A DNA stretch of 64,000 nt from Octopus sinensis (GCF_006345805.1 NC_042997.1:168764001-168828000); one strand, 5' to 3'. Counted from the first letter of the stretch, positions 24,151-39,164 are shown. Notes: generated from the letters alone by a model not told the origin. Made by a program: numbers and translations.

Positions 24151-24464
24151 CCACCACCATTATAGGTGTCTACTCTTTGAACCCCCCTCTTCAATACGCT
24201 ATTTCCCCATGCATTACCCCTCTCTCGATATCCTATGTTCTACTTGCCTAGAACCTGTCCTCTGAACCACCCCTCCCACTGGTGCTCCCCTATATTTCTG
24301 CACCCCCCCACCACCATTATAGGTGTCTACTCTTTGAACCCCCCTCTTCAATACGCTATTTCACCATGCATTACCCCTCTCTCGATATCCTACGTTCTAC
24401 TTGCCTAGTACCTGTCCTCTGAACCACCCCTCCCACTGGTGCTCCCCTATATTTCTGCACCCCC
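24151..24464. repeat. 157-bp direct tandem duplication
   Basis: 24151-24307 versus 24308-24464, 3 substitutions. Confidence 0.95.
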
Positions 24465-24466
24465 CC

Positions 24467-24707
24467 CCATAAAAAGCACCATCCGAACGTGGCCGATGCC
24501 AGACCCCTCTGGCACCTGTGCAGGTGGCACGTAAAAAACACCCACTACACTCGCGGAGTGGTTGGCGTTAGGAAGGGCATCCAGCTGTAGAAACACTGCC
24601 AGACTAGACTGGAGCCTGGGGCAGTCCCGAGCTCCCCAGACCCCGGTCGAAACCGTCCAACCCGTGCTAGCGCGGAAAACGGACGTTAAACGATGATGAT
24701 GATGATC
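24467..24707 (+). mobile_element. SINE-like family C copy
   Basis: AAAAAGCACCATCCGAACGTGGCCGATGCC module; GGTTGGCGTTAGGAAGGGCATCC; GGACGTTAAAC(GAT)n tail. Confidence 0.85.
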
Positions 24708-24884
24708 TACCACTAAATACAATCACAATGCTCTTCATTAAGAAATTGAATTTCATCATGGCAACCATTTAAATTCTGCACAAATAGGCTTCATTTTACT
24801 TAATACAATATCAATTAAAAGTAAAAGTCTTGAATTTAGGCAATGTTATTATTCATAAGAATATTGTTAACAAAAACATTAATA

Positions 24885-25262
24885 TAGGCGCAAGAATGGC
24901 TGTGTGGTAGGAAGCTTGCTTCCCAACAGCATGGTTCTAGGTTCAGTTCCACTGTGTGACACATTGGGCAAGTGTCTTCTACTATAACTTCGGGCTGACC
25001 AAAGCCTTGTGAGTGGATTTGGTAGGAGAAAACTGAAATGAGCCTGTCGTATATATATATATATAATATATATATATATATACATATATATATGTATGTA
25101 TGTATATGTATGTAGATATATTATATATATATATATATATAAATATATATTATATACATATATATATGTATGTATATATACATATGTATGTATATGTATG
25201 TATGTAGATATATATATACACACACACATATATACATATATATATATATGTATATATATGTA

Positions 25263-25303
<41 letters not shown>

Positions 25304-25525
25304 ACACACACATACATATAGATAGATATACATATATATATATGTATGTATTTGTGTTTACGTCCCCGTAACTTAGCAGTTTAGCAAAAGAGACTGATAG
25401 AATTAGGACCAGGCTTACAAAGAAATAAATCCAGGGGTCAATTTCTTTGACTAAAAGGCGGTGCTCCAACATGGCCACAGTCAAAGCCAGTCAAAATGAC
25501 TGAGACAAGTAAAAGAGTAAAAGAA
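24885..25525 (+). mobile_element. SINE family A with an expanded (TA)n hinge
   Basis: Head, about 300 bp microsatellite, right half. Confidence 0.85.
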
Positions 25526-25747
25526 TATAATTTATGATGCTTTTGAGTTTGACGCAATTCTCAGGTTATCTTCCAGTTTGTGAGCAATAAAGTAAAAGTT
25601 TAAGCAGAAAGTTGAAAACAAATACAGTAAAATATGGCTGAGGTAGCAACAACGCAGTCATTCAATCTACTAGAAATAGCAGCCAAATCTCACCCTACTG
25701 TCTTAAGAAAGGAAGAACTGAAAATATAATGCACCTAACTCTCAAAT

Positions 25748-25787
<40 letters not shown>

Positions 25788-26504
25788 CATCAGCATTTAT
25801 GTTGGCTTTTCCATGTTGGTATATTTAGGATGGTTTTGCAGAGGATTCTCATTAACAGCCCTTTTAGATGCCTCTTATGATTCATAGACACAATGCGCCA
25901 ATTCTAAAACAGATACATACTTGCACACACACACAGATAATATAATGACCTGTTTCTTGGAGTTGCTGCCTTCATTCAGACACATCTAACCCATTCCTCT
26001 CTTTCTCTCTCTCTCTCTCTCTTCTCATCCCACTTGTTGTATCTATTGTAACTTATGCTCAAGTCTTCTTAAAACATTATCTTCTGCAATCTCCTCCAGG
26101 TTAACATCCTCCCTGTAGGCATTCAACTCGCAATGGTTTAAATGGAATGTTAATGACATCCATCTTATGTCTCAGAAGACCTGCAAAGGCCATAAGGCAT
26201 TACCTTGTCTTCCTAACCCAGCAAGTAAAAAATAGTTTGGATCTGAATTGGATTTCCAAGGAAGCGATAAAAAACAATTTATCGCTTCCTTGGGGAAATC
26301 CAATCATTTTGTATGTATGCATATTTTTGTTGTTCTTTTGTTGTCATCTAGTGCTGGATAAAAACATACAAAAAACGATACAAGGATTTCAACAGTATTC
26401 TATCATTTCATTAGAAAATGCAGACTTTGTAAATCTGTATATAAACCAAGAAAAGATACCTTTATTACTTCTGAATAATTTTCCTACCATTATTAATTTA
26501 TATA

Positions 26505-27045
26505 TGAAATTGAAATCAAAATCAAAGTGAAATTCGATGACAGGCACGAGCACCATACGAGTGTGATCGTTGACAGAGCGGCCAACTGGCTTCCGTGCCA
26601 GTGGCACATAAAAGGCACCTTTCGAGTGTGATCGTTACCAGCTTCGCCTTACTGGCACTTGTGCCCCGTGCTTGTAGGGTGCTAAGAGCACCATCCAAGC
26701 GTGATCGTTGCCTGAGCGGCTAACTGGCTTCCGTGCCGGTGGCATGTAGGAGGCACCATTCGAGCGGGATCATTACCAGCATCGCCTTACTGGCACCTGT
26801 GCCGTTGGCATGTGTAAAAAACAAAAATTCAAGCGAGGTCATTGCCAGTACCGCCTGACTGGCCCCCCGTGCCGGTGGCACATAAAAGTATCCACTACAC
26901 TCTCGGAGTGGTTGACGTTAGGAAGGGCATCTAGCTGTAGAAACTCAGCCTGATCAAGACTGGAGCCTGGTGCAGCCATCTGGTTTGCCAGCCCACAGTC
27001 AAACCGTCCAACCCATGCTAGCATGGAAAGCGGACGTTAAATGAC

Positions 27046-27087
<42 letters not shown>
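26505..27087 (+). mobile_element. Long modular family C element with internal tandem modules
   Basis: (GAAATC)n-like start, several GGCAC..AAAGGCACCATTCGAGCG.GATC.TTACCAG..CTGGC..TGTGCCG modules, C tail. Confidence 0.8.
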
Positions 27088-27746
27088 ATGAAACATTTTC
27101 ATTGAGTTGTATGTTTTTATTGAGGATATACATGCACAGGGATATAATTACTCGCTAGCACCATTTAATTATTATAGATGCCAGGAAATTTCTAAGCTAA
27201 ACACAGTCCAGTCTATTTGGAAAACAACCTATTTCTTGGTTAATACTTATTCTCTGTGCTTTTTAGACAGCTCATTAATGTGGATGACAGTCAAATGACA
27301 ATTTGATCATGAATTCTTAATAAAGAAGCTACCAAAACGTTGCAAGCTGGATTGACCAGAACAAAGACAACAAAAGCTTGCAGAAAATAGAAAGCGGGAA
27401 GCAGCCACTGTCAACAAAACACACCAGAACAGTGGCACCGAATGTGTGAAGAAAATAGATTGTATGGAGTGAACTGTTGCTTGCAAGAAACGTTAGAGCA
27501 TCAACAAAGACTTGAAGAATATAGAATGCACGGAGTTAACCAACATCAGCAAGAATCTGGAGCTCAAGGATAAAAGTAAACATACTTTATGTAGAGCACT
27601 TAATGTAGACAACATAGAACATGTCTACCAAAGAAGAGCATCAATCACCTCAAAATAATGAGATGAAGGAGCCTTTAACTCTGACCTAACTTATGATTAT
27701 GAATCTCATGAATATTCTCTATTGATGCCATATAAAAATTGGTTCT

Positions 27747-28017
27747 AGGTGAATTCGTCTACAGCAATTCATCTGCAACAATTTATCTACAACAATTTAT
27801 CTGTGTGGTTGTATGTCTGCGCACGCGTATGCGTGGTTGTTTGTGTGTGTGTGTGTGTGTGGTTGTATGAGTGTGTGTATGTGTGTAGTTCTGTGTGTGT
27901 GTATGTAGTTGTGTGTGTGTGTGTGTGTGTGCGTGTGTGTGTGCGTGCGTGTGTGTGTGCAGATGAATTGTATCCATAGATAGACTGCTGTAGATGAATT
28001 GTAGACAAATTCGCCGG
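27747..28017. mobile_element. Possible MITE with a (TG)n core
   Basis: Imperfect inverted ends GGTGAATTCGTCTACA..AATTCATCT / AGATGAATTGTAGACAAATTCGCC. Confidence 0.4.
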
Positions 28018-28483
28018 ATACCATAAAATTTGTGCACCAAGCGTGTAGCAAAAATGGAGACACTGAAATTTGTTGCTTAGATGGTAAAGTCCATCTGAGA
28101 ATGTTGCCACAATCTCCCAGTGCTTTTATGAATGCTGCTGGAGTCCAATCATTTGCTTAAAAACATTCAGGCTTATAACTGTGAATTTCAAATGATATCA
28201 CTTGGAGCTATTATCATCCATGGAAGAAGTTCCATACTGACTTTCAAAGTCCTGGGACTGGAGTACCACGGAATTGGTTCTTTACTTTCTCTTCCTGAAG
28301 TTGTTTTCTATAGCTGATTTGAACAAAGTTATGAGAACCATCATAGTTTAAAGTTTAACTCTAAAACTGCATGAAATGTGACATTCTAGAAAAAGCTATA
28401 TAAGAACGTCGTGAAGTATATTTGTCACTTAAATGTGGCTAACCCTTAAAAGTGGATGCTACTGTAGTTTGTAGCCCCAGGAG

Positions 28484-28898
28484 GACACCTCCTCCAGCTG
28501 GCTATTGACACACTTTCTGTGCCCTATCAGTATTTGCAACGGGAAGCCATCCTCCATCTTTGATCTGACATGATACACACGGACTAGAGTTTCTGGGTAT
28601 TGACCCGTCATCAGCGTGTAACAATCACTGATTGCTGATGACTCGCTCAGAGATTTGTTATTGCTTGTTTACACTTTTTTGATATCAGTGACCTTTTGTC
28701 ACTGGAAAAAGGATATATATTTGAAAAGGGAACCCACTTTTCATCGGCAATCAGCGATTGTCACACGCTGATAAAGAGCCAATACCCATAAACTCGAGTC
28801 TGTGTGTATCATGTCAGACTGAAGATGGAGGATGGCTTCCCTTTGCAAATACTGATAGGGCACAGAAAATGTGTCAATAGCCAGCTGGAGGAGGTGTC
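28484..28898. repeat. 158-bp inverted repeat (foldback element)
   Basis: 28484-28641 versus reverse complement of 28741-28898: 15 mismatches, no indels, 99-bp spacer. Confidence 0.9.
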
Positions 28899-29145
28899 GT
28901 ATATATGTATATGTATATATATATGTGCGTATTTATATGTTTATGTTTGTCCACCCCCCAAACATCACTTGACAACCGATGCTGGTGTGTTTATGTCCCA
29001 GTAACTTAGCAGTTCAGCAAAAGAGACTGACAGAATAAGTACTAGGCTTACAAAGAATAAGTCCTGGGGTTGATTTCTTCGACTAAAGGCAGTGCTCCAG
29101 CATGGCCGCAGTCAAATGACTGAAACAAGTAAAATAGTTAAAGAG
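28899..29145 (+). mobile_element. SINE A right half abutting the foldback
   Basis: Microsatellite plus complete A tail. Confidence 0.8.
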
Positions 29146-29550
29146 TGATACACATGTGATATGTTGGATGGCCTGGCTTGTTATTAACCTTTATCCATAA
29201 CCCTTCAATGGCCCTGAGAGCTGTGCTGTGCTGGACAAATCAAAGAATAAGAGCCAGAATAATATGAACTGCCTCTTCTCAGTGGTAAAAATTGGGTGCA
29301 TGTAGAGTCAAAACTCCTACCTAGTAAAAAACAAAGTTACAGAAGCACTGATGACAATCCAAACCCAGCAAGACCTAGGAGAGGAAAGCTTCCTCTCACA
29401 CAAGCAGAAAAGACAGCCTGGAAGTGAGAACGATGAAGAAAATTTATCAACATGTTTTTGTAGAATGCTTGTACAACCTTCATTTACAACTACCATGTGT
29501 TGTCAAGACATGTAGACAAGCACACACAAACACTCACACTCACACATACA

Positions 29551-29585
<35 letters not shown>

Positions 29586-29747
29586 GTGTGTATGTATGTA
29601 CAGCAGGTCTCTTTCAGTTTCTCTGTACAAAATCCATTCACAAAGCTTCGACTAACCCAGGGCTATAGTAGAAGACACTTGCCCAATGTGTCATGCAGGA
29701 CTGAAGCACACTTGTTATTCACACAGCTATGTGCACGCTTGTGCATG

Positions 29748-29794
<47 letters not shown>

Positions 29795-30574
29795 TGTGTG
29801 TGTGTATGTGGTGTGTGAGTGTGTGTGTGTGAGTGTGTTTTATGAACATTATATGGGCTAAAATAGATTTGCCAACCCATTAAATTCTTTCTGTTTCACT
29901 GCTGAGCTCATGCAAGCAGAAAAACTGAGATCTCAAGGTACAAGAAATGTTTGCTTATATCAAGAATTTATGTAATTATATTTTCATATGTATACTGAAT
30001 ATATTATATAACTTACATGAGTATATCACTAGATATGTTCTATGAACCTTACAGAGACCAATATTGATCACTCTGCAGCAAAACACAAAACAGAATATTA
30101 TGAAATATATTTCTAAATATATATATATATATATATAATATAAAGTTATGCTCTTGACCAAAGTGGAGCACTATAATGTAGAAGGAGGTAAGTGCAATTT
30201 TAAATTTATTATTCACAATCTTTGGTTAAGAAGTAAATTTCACACAGAAGCACCACAATTTGATTACTTAGATCATTCCAACCAAATAAAATAGATTTGT
30301 CAGCCCACAAAATTCTTTCCAGCTCACTGACGAATGCAGGCTTGTAAGAAACTGGAGATTTTCATCTCCAGGGGAAAATGCTTGGGTCTATGACAACTTT
30401 TTCATGTATTTACGTATATTCCTTATTACTGAACATATACTTATATAAGTATGTATGTGTGTGTGTGTGTGTGAGTGTGTGTGTGTGTGTGTGTACACAC
30501 ACATATACATATGAATGAGTGAATAAATGAAAGAAAGTAGAATTCAAATTATTATTATTATTATTATTATTAAC

Positions 30575-31360
<786 letters not shown>

Positions 31361-31863
31361 AACTCTCCAACCCACAACAGCAAGGAAGATGGATGTTAAA
31401 TGATGATGATGATGATATATATATAACAACTCTTCTTATCTTGTTTTTCCTTGTCCTGTCTTTTACTGCTTATATTTTGTACTGTCGTTACTGTCCTGGT
31501 TTTGTTACCATTTTTACCCCTCTGCAAAAAGATCTCAAATTTTAATTGATTTGCTTTTTGCAGGAAGGAAAGTTTCTTATTCGAAGATACGTCTCGCCTT
31601 CACCTTCGAAACGTAGAGTAGATGAAACCATGGCGACTGAAGAAGGGGTTTTTTTCTTTGTGTTAATTGTCCTGTACTCTATTTTTTTGTTGTTTAAAAA
31701 AAAAAAATGTCCAGTTCCTTGGGTTTGTGTCTATGTTTTCGTTTCTCATTGTGTTCGACGTTTTTTTGGTGTCCTGTACTCATATATGCGTGTATATATA
31801 CATGTAGAGGTAGGTATATATATATATATATGTATATATATGCATATGTTTTTATTTATTTAT

Positions 31864-31896
<33 letters not shown>

Positions 31897-32549
31897 TCAA
31901 GGGAGAGAGGGAGCATGTGCTTCGTATTTCTTCCTCGGGCAAAATTCTTTCCATGTACATATGGACCAGTTTTTCTTTCAAACGTGTATTAAAGATATAA
32001 CTTTTTGAATTTAATCTGTTTTGTGAAGGATTTTAAATATTTTATCAGTTATTTCAGTTTGGAACAATCGCATTCCTAAATCTATTAATGCTCGAATACC
32101 TTCATTGTCCGATCATCTGAATGGAATGATAACTGTATGAGCATGCCTTCCACACACTTTGCAATTGGTCATGCAGCATCATGGGAATATTCTTGTAACT
32201 GATATAATCATCAATGCCAGATATAATATTGTGCAATGATAATAAGCTTCTGATAGAAGTCATGGTTTATTTCACATGTGCTGTATCTGTGAGTTGATTT
32301 TTGATTTGTGTTTTGCTATTAATAAAGCTTCCATTGTAAATGTCCTTACATTTGTTAATTTATATTCATTTTATTTTCAAATGTTATATATGATGGTAGT
32401 GCAATCAGCTAATGATTTTTCTATCGAATTTTGCTCCTTCATCATCATTATCACCACCACTACCACCACCACTATTGTCATCATCACCATTGTTTTATGT
32501 CCATTTTCCAAACTGGTATGGGTATGATGATTGATGATGATGATGATGA

Positions 32550-32900
32550 TCAACATCATCATTGTTTAACGTCCGTTTTCCATGCTAGCATGGGTTGGAC
32601 GGTTCGACTGGGGTCTGGGAAGCCAGGAGGCTGCACCAGGCTCCAGTCTGATCTGGCAGTGTTTCTACAGCTGGTTGCCCTTCCTAATGCCAACCACTCC
32701 GTGAGTGTAGTGGGTGCTTTTTACGTGCCACCTGCACGGAAGCAAGTCAAGGCGGCGCTGGCATTGGCTACATATGGATGGCACTTTTTAGGTGTCAGGG
32801 TAGGTTGGCAACGGCCACGATCGGTTGGTGCTTTTTACGTTCCACTGGCACAGGTGCCAGGGGAGGCTGACAACGGTTGGTGCTTTTTCGTGCCAGATGT
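32550..32900 (-). mobile_element. Family C element with tandem modules
   Basis: C tail and AAAAAGCACC modules on the minus strand. Confidence 0.8.
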
Positions 32901-33170
32901 ATATCTACATATATATGTAGGTCGTGAGTTCAATTCCTAGCAATGCATTTTGTCCTAGAGCAAGACACTTTATTTTTTCATGCCCAGTCAGCTGGCAAAG
33001 ATGAGTAGTACCTGTGTTTCAAAGGGCCAGCCTCGTCACACTCTTTGTCCCGCTGAGTACACGTGTCTATGGAATGCTTAGCCACTTGCACGTTAATTTC
33101 ATGAAGAAGATGATCCATTGATCATATTAGCTGGGAGCATCATCGTCATAATGAACGTAGTACTTCTTAC

Positions 33171-33224
<54 letters not shown>

Positions 33225-33428
33225 ATATATGGATTGATTTTCGTTATTTTTCCTCTTTGCCTGCGTAGATTGTTTTCAAGTACTTTGGTTTTTCTGGGAG
33301 CCCCTTTTAAAGTAGAGGGAATAGCTAAGATTTTTTGACTGCTATTTCTAAACTTCGGTATGTGGTGAAGCAAATCTTTGCTGAACCCTAATTATAAAGT
33401 ATATATATATATGTATATGTATACCTAT

Positions 33429-33459
<31 letters not shown>

Positions 33460-33713
33460 CATACATACATACACATACATATATATGCATATATATATAT
33501 ATATACATATACATATATTTATATATACATACATATATATATACATATATATATATATATGTATGTATGTATGTATGTATATATAGAGTATTTGAAGTTG
33601 TGTACAGATATTGTATATTGAGAAAAAGGAGGCAGTTAAAATTTTGGATAATTTGTCATATACATGTGTGTGTGTGTGTGCATGTGCGTGCACGTGTATG
33701 TATGTATGTGTGT

Positions 33714-33802
<89 letters not shown>

Positions 33803-34179
33803 GTTCAATCCATGCCAGCATGGACAATGGACATTATATGAAGATGATGACGATGATATTCCCCTCTCAAATTCATACACTTATTGCAGTTGTCCTTCAG
33901 TTTTTTTACGAATTGTAAAAGAACCTTAAAGCCAGGAACTTTTCAGCACCCCTACTATAACCTTAGGCCAACCAAATCCTTGTGAGTAGATTTGGTAGAT
34001 GGAAACACAAAAAAAGCCTGTCGTATATATATGTGTGTGTGTGTGTATGTATATACAACAGGAAATAATTGTCTCTTTTTGTGGAAACAAAAGGGTTTAT
34101 AGGACTACAAATATGAAGTACTTAAGTATAAATGAGACAAATATATGACCAATGTTTCTTTATATATATGTGTGTGTTT

Positions 34180-34224
<45 letters not shown>

Positions 34225-36239
34225 GTTATGTCCATGTGTCTTTCTGCCGGTGTTCATCCCTCCAGCACTGCTTGACAAGGCAGTGTCCCAGCATGGCCAC
34301 AGTCAAATGACTGAAACAAGTAAAAGATTTATATATATATATGTACATATATATCCATATATATATACATATATATATGTATATGTGTGTGTGTACATTA
34401 TATACACACACACAAAGATGCAGTAACATGCAAACATTCAGAATATATATACAAATACATCATGTTTATTGCATGCATGTATGTATAAGTATATATATGT
34501 TTGTATGACAGATGGCAAGAAGACAGATGTACTAACCGATCCTATAAATTTGTACGCTCTCCACATTACAGTAAAAAATAGATTACCAATAATTGATTTA
34601 AAAATAAAATTAGTCTCCTAATTTTCAAATGAATAAAACTTACGCACTACTTAAAAGAAAGCAGCAACAAAAAAAGATAAAGGGAGGAAGAGAAAACGAG
34701 AGAGAGAAAGAGACTAATCTCGAATTATCTGTCTTTGCAATAAGCAAAGAAAAAGCAAAAAAAAAAAAAAATTAAAAAAACAACAACATACTAAATTATT
34801 GGACTAACAAATATTTACACAGTTCTGTGACAATAAAACTCATTAAAACCAGGCAGGAGGAGCATGAATGAGAAAAGAAATTATATCTCACCTATATATT
34901 CTGACTGAATTTTGCAGAATCTGTAGTTATTACAATTTTTTCCATTCATCATTGCTTACATTATTTCTTTATCTAATTCTTTCACTGCTTGCTAGTTCTT
35001 TTTTTTTTTTTGCTTTTTTTTTCTGTTTTTAAGCTTTTTTATATCAGTCTGGACACCCCCGCCTTATCTTCTTTCACCTAAACATGTTTATCTCAGCATA
35101 GATACATTTCTCCTCTTTAACAGTTCTTGGTCAGCCTCCAATGCTATATATAAACATTTCAGCAATATCTCTATAAAGAGAGTAACAGTATGATTGTTGT
35201 TGTTGTTGTTGTTGTTGGTATTCTTTATTTTTATTATTTTTGTCATTCTTGTTTGCTGGGTTTTTGTTTTTAAAACTATAAAGATGTATTTAGGTAGAAT
35301 CAATTAATTTCAGATGTGACTGATTTGATTTGACCAAAAGGAAACTAGGACTCAGTCCTTAATGTAGCAGAACAATCAGTTTATTTATTTATTAATTTAT
35401 TTACTCTAATATATTTCATTAGGCAATAAGTTTGCGTCAAGTCAACTGTAAACAACGAAATTATATTTGCAGGTGTCTGTAGGTGTGTATGTATGCGTAT
35501 GTGAGTTGTGTAGGTGTGTATTTTTCTGCATACACATGAATATATATATATAACTGTGTGAGATATTAGAGATAAGAAATAATAATAAAAATCATTCTTT
35601 CTACTAATAGGCATAAGGCCAAAATTTGGTGGAGGGGGCGAGGCTAAGTGATTACATCAACCCCAGTGCTTAACTGGTACTTATTTTATTGACTCCCAAA
35701 AGGATGGCAAGCAAAGTCAACCTCTGTAGAATTTGAACTTAGAATGTAAAGACCAGCAAAGTGCCACAAAGCATTTTGCTCAGTGTGCTAACACTTTATA
35801 ATAATAATGATGATGATGGTGGTGGTGGTGGTGGTGATGGTTGTGGTGGTGGTGGTGGTGATGGTGGTGGTGGTGGTGGTGATGATGATCCTTTCTACTA
35901 GAGAAACAAGGCCTGAAATTTTAGGGGACGGGTCTAGTCAATTACATCAATTACAGTATTCAACTGGTACTTATTTTATCAACCCTGAAAGGATGAAAGT
36001 CAAAGTTGACCTTGGCAGAATTTGAATTCAGAATGTGCAGATGGACAAAATACCACTAAGCATTTTGTCTGGCATGCTAATTATCCAGCCAGTTTGCTGC
36101 CTTTGTAATAATAATAACAAAACTATGATCATAAACTGTCTTTTCTTTCAAACACTGCTATATATCTATATATTAGCTGTTCCCAGCTCTGTATGTGAAC
36201 ACATAAAAAATGCAATCCTCTTGATATAGGAGTACCTCA

Positions 36240-37100
36240 AACTTGAGCCAATCAAAGAACCTCAACTTGACCAAAGGCACAAGCCCTCACCCAAGTATTG
36301 TTCTCCAAACTACAGGTTCATGCTTAGAGTAGGTCCATTTATTTTAGCCATTTTTGTCACAGCCACCAACATTTTGACAAATTCACTACAAGAGAGCACT
36401 TCCCTCTCCACATTCACTTTCCAAGTGGAACTTAAAACAGTCATTGAGGACTTGACTGGAAAGGAAGGTGCCTCTCCTCAACACAACCTCTTTCACAACA
36501 GCTTTGTCCACAACACAACCTCTTTCACAACAGCTTTGTCCACAACACAACCTCTTTTACAACAGCTTTGTCCACAACACAACCTCTTTCACAACAGCTT
36601 TGTCCACAACACAACCTCTTTCACAAAAGCTTTGTCCACAACACAACCTCTTTCACAAAAGCTTTGTCCACAACACAACCTCTTTCACCACAGCTACTAG
36701 ACAGAGGAACTGCTCTACATTGTTCAAAGTGAATAATGGGGTAATCCTCATGATAGACTTGTCCAAGTTAGGTTTGTCCCACACACTACAACAGCTGTTT
36801 GACAAAACTCCATATGTTAGCAATGCTCAGACACTGCACAAGTGCAAACAGTACAGTACAGTTGGAGATCAAAGTGATGCTCTAATTCTTCTGCAAGGAT
36901 GTGATTATGATACAGTTGAGAACTGAAGTATGAAAGTTAAAGAATGTTATTTTCATTCCAGAGAACAGGATACAGCAACATCCTTTAAAGCCAGTATTTC
37001 CAATTTTTCTCACTTCCATTAATTTCCGAGGTGTTGATGGAGACAATTACCAATGACTGCCTCAAAGCTATTTCCTGCCTCAGTCCTTTTTATCTTGGAA
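36240..37100 (+). mobile_element. Very degenerate LINE RT-like relic hosting a minisatellite
   Basis: Faint GVPQ-like and RT C-terminal resemblance only. Confidence 0.3.
36479..36695. repeat. 32-bp minisatellite, about 6.8 copies
   Basis: Unit CACAACACAACCTCTTTCACAACAGCTTTGTC; unit starts 32 bp apart from 36481 to 36673. Confidence 0.95.
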
Positions 37101-39164
37101 ATCATTGTGTAGTCAAGCTTGTTGCACTAAATATTAACTATTACATTAGCTAATTGCAGATTACAAACAAACCACCTGGATTACAGCCAAAAATAATTTC
37201 CTTGATTCTCAAGAGCTTTCTGACTTGTACTATATTACATATATTATTAGTGATCTATGTCTATTTTACTTCTGTACTCACCATTTCTGGTGTCCACCAC
37301 TCTTCCTTCTCTTCATCAATGATCCCCTGTGAACTTTATCAAATTTAGATGTACTCATCATCATCATCATTATCATCATCGCATAACATTCAGTGTTCCA
37401 TGCTTGCATGAGCCAGACAGTTGGTGGAGGTAGATTTTCTGTGGCCGGATGCCCTACCTGTTGTCAGCTCTTATAGTTTCCAAGCAAGGTAATATTTTCT
37501 CATAGCTAGGCATGTTTTCCATGGAAGAAAGGAAACAAATAACCTCTCTTGTATGATGGCAAGTCATTTACAACCATCACAAATTGTCTACACAAGGTAC
37601 ACATATTCACACACATACACACACAATAATTTCATTAGGGTATGTAACACTGGTGTTTACAGTATTAAGCTCATCCATGGATACTGACTATCAGATGAAG
37701 CTGTAAACTTGAAATTGTTTGTTCTACCAAACAAATGTCTGAAAATCCAAAAGTATACATAGAGTTTTTATAGTAATAAATAAAAAGAATGGAGTGAGCA
37801 TGTCATTTTACTACTTCAATTTACAATTGTTTCATCTTAGTTCAGTACAATCAATCTTAAACATTATGTAATAATTCATGCAACTATTGATTACTTTCCA
37901 TGTGCTATTTCGGGTAACTTTAATAACACATGCTGAATAAGATCCTTCAGAAATGCTTATAAAATAATATATATGCATATGTGATGGGTTCCTTTCAGTT
38001 TCTTAATTCCAAATCTACTAACGAGGTTTTGGTCAGCCCAGGGCTATAGAGACTGAACCCAAAAACCATATGATTGAGAAGCTTCTTAATCTCACATCCA
38101 CCTCTATACCTAATAGAGTGTAGTCAATTTAGTCAAACTCAGTACTTCGCTAGTATTTATTTTATCAACTCTGGAGAGATGAAAGGTAAATATCAACATT
38201 AATGGGATATGAACTCAGAACATAATGAAATGTGATAAATAACACCTGACAGCTCTGTGATCCTCCTTATCCATACTGTAATAAACACCACTACATGCTG
38301 TTTACAAATTTTGCTTAACAAAAGGATCTAAGAATTTCTATATCTCCTCCTCAGGTTCATGATTCTGAGTCTGTTTGGTCTTCAGTTTAAAATCCTCCAC
38401 TTTCTCTCTGTACACTCAATTCCATGCTAAATCAACTGATAAAATAATATTGACACAAGGCCTGAGATTTGGAAGGAACTGAGGAAGATAGACAATTATA
38501 TTGACCACAATACACAACTGGTACTTTATTTTATCTACCTCAGAGGATTGAAGGGCAAAGTTGAAAAATGCCAGGTCTTATGTGACACTGACATTCTCAT
38601 TAACAGGGATCTGCTATGTGACCTTTAACAAGGATCTAGTAACATTAACAATATCTAAAATGTAAGTATTTCCAAATGAAAGAAAAACACATCACCACCT
38701 CCAACCACAGACTTCATATCCTTTAATAGTCATACAACATTCTTTCTAAGGCTTATAGATTTATGAAGCTGATGAAACTCTATCAAACACAAATATACTC
38801 AAAATTAGAGAAATGATCTCATATCTGAGATGGTACATCACCTTTTAATTCAAGCATCTTACAACATCACTCACAGAAGCTAATTAATCTGATTGAGAAT
38901 TCTTCCCTCATTGACAACCTTTCTATTCTTACACATCAACATAGTGGATTAAATTTTTTTTTATCACATCAGACCCTATTCTTCAAAACTTGTTGCCAGC
39001 CATTTATTTCAACTCAAAAATGTTTGATGCACACAGCACTTTGCTTTGCAACATCTAATCCAGTGCTTCTCAATTTGGGTGATACCAACCTCTGGGAGTA
39101 GAGAAAATTTTAAATGGGTAATGAAAACAAAATAAAGGTGGTGGAGCAATAGATGCAATTTTCT

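Noticed and set aside
26147-26530. 127-aa ORF
   Set aside because: AT-rich composition, crosses into a family C element, no motif.
31925-32270. Protein-like minus-strand fragments (DNEGIRALIDLGMRLF, FNTRLKEKLVHMYMERILPEEE)
   Set aside because: Split across frames with stops, no convincing splice sites, no recognised family.
36320-36926. 126-aa and 152-aa repeat ORFs, or a CRISPR-like array
   Set aside because: Contiguous 32-bp units with no unique spacers in a eukaryotic context; the ORFs arise from the stop-free unit.
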